From Octopus sinensis (lineage: Eukaryota), in NCBI RefSeq assembly GCF_006345805.1, contig NC_043010.1, positions 36,270,001 through 36,334,000 on the forward strand: a DNA stretch of 64,000 nt. The letters are read 5' to 3'. Shown in pieces: positions 62,912-64,000 of the stretch. The translations under genes were made by a program, and so were the position numbers. How positions within the stretch are numbered: position 1 is the stretch's first letter; the number at the start of each line of letters is the position of its first letter. The notes under the pieces are model-generated. The model was not told the DNA's origin. It was given only the letters and a program-made list of their open reading frames with translations, and ran no database searches.

Positions 62912-64000
62912 ATGGATTCTTCTCAACATCTGTGTTTAGCATCAGGGTTCTACATCAGTAGGCAGGTATAGGGAGTAGTAGGGTGCTTGTATATTTGGTC
63001 AGTTTAGTGCCCCTGTTCATTCACATGTGATGTGAGTGTGAAGGTTAGTGTACTTGTAGATTGTAAGAAGCTAGCAGTGGCCTCAATTAGAAAAGTGCTT
63101 GTAGCTTCCTGTTGTCATGGACATCATCATAACCATCAGCAAAAATCGTCATTATCGTTCTTATCAACAACACTCTCTTGTACCACTGTGTTTCCTTTTG
63201 TGCCTGTATTTTTGCCTCTTAAGCTGCCCCTTATTTTCTTTTGTTTCTGAATGTTTCACTAACTTTCCTTCTACCTTCTACTCTCCATATTTTCCTTACT
63301 TTTATTCCCTTTCTTCTACTCTACTCTCTTTGCATATATCTCTTCTCCAAGTCTTTCTCTCTTCTACTTCTCTCTTTCTCTCTTCTACTTCTCTCTTTCT
63401 CTTTCCCCTCTCTTCTCTGCCTGCCTATTCACCTGCGTCTCTCTACTCTTGTCTATCCTCCTGTTTTTCTCTACTACTGTATCGCTGTTACTCTACTCCT
63501 GTGTCTCTCTAAGCTTTCCACTCACGTCTGTCTGTTTTTCTCTCTTGCCTTATTCTCACTCAGCTCTCATTCTGCTCATCAACATTTCATCTGGCAGTCT
63601 TGAAGAATGATGTCAGAATAGATGAGAGATAGATAGATAGATAGAGAGAGATAGATGAGAGATAGAGAGAGATGGGTTCTTCTCAACATCTGTGTTTAGC
63701 ATCAGGGTTCTACATCAGTAGGCAGGTATAGGGAGTAGTAGGGTGCTTGTATATTTGGTCAGTTTAGTGCCCCTGTTCATTCACATGTGATGTGAGTGTG
63801 AAGGTTAGTGTACTTGTAGATTGTAAGAAGCTAGCAGTGGCCTCAATTAGAAAAGTGCTTGTAGCTTCCTGTTGTCATGGACATCATCATAACCATCAGC
63901 AAAAATCGTCATTATCGTTCTTATCAACAACACTCTCTTGTACCACTGTGTTTCCTTTTGTGCCTGTATTTTTGCCTCTTAAGCTGCCCCTTATTTTCTT
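62911..64000. repeat. 760-bp-period near-identical direct duplication (second copy runs off the window end)
   Basis: 62911-63240 is repeated at 63671-64000; only one mismatch seen (gatggattct vs gatgggttct). Confidence 0.95.

Overview
AT-rich, microsatellite-rich eukaryotic genomic DNA. The short-repeat families match my recollection of octopus (cephalopod) SINEs; this is inference, not a database result. I found no intact protein-coding gene, tRNA/rRNA gene or CRISPR array. Most ORFs in the supplied track are read-throughs of microsatellites or SINEs. The window contains about 20 copies of a tRNA/CORE-type SINE, about 15 copies of a second ~200 bp SINE often in head-to-tail piles, several DNA-transposon MITEs (piggyBac-type with TTAA TSD, hAT/Charlie-type, and a ~1 kb TIR element present twice), and about a dozen decayed LINE coding remnants, mostly RTE-like. 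The best-preserved remnant (27855-29470) carries a PHD-finger-like Cys/His module inside its reverse-transcriptase region. Every LINE coding remnant I could translate is on the minus strand, CpG decay appears to start near 4.5 kb, and there are several plus-strand microexon-like and ratchet-like splice signals. Together these suggest, but do not prove, a giant intron of a plus-strand gene. I could not demonstrate a new biological system; the findings are ranked hypotheses. Repeat boundaries were set by eye and are approximate (tens of bp).
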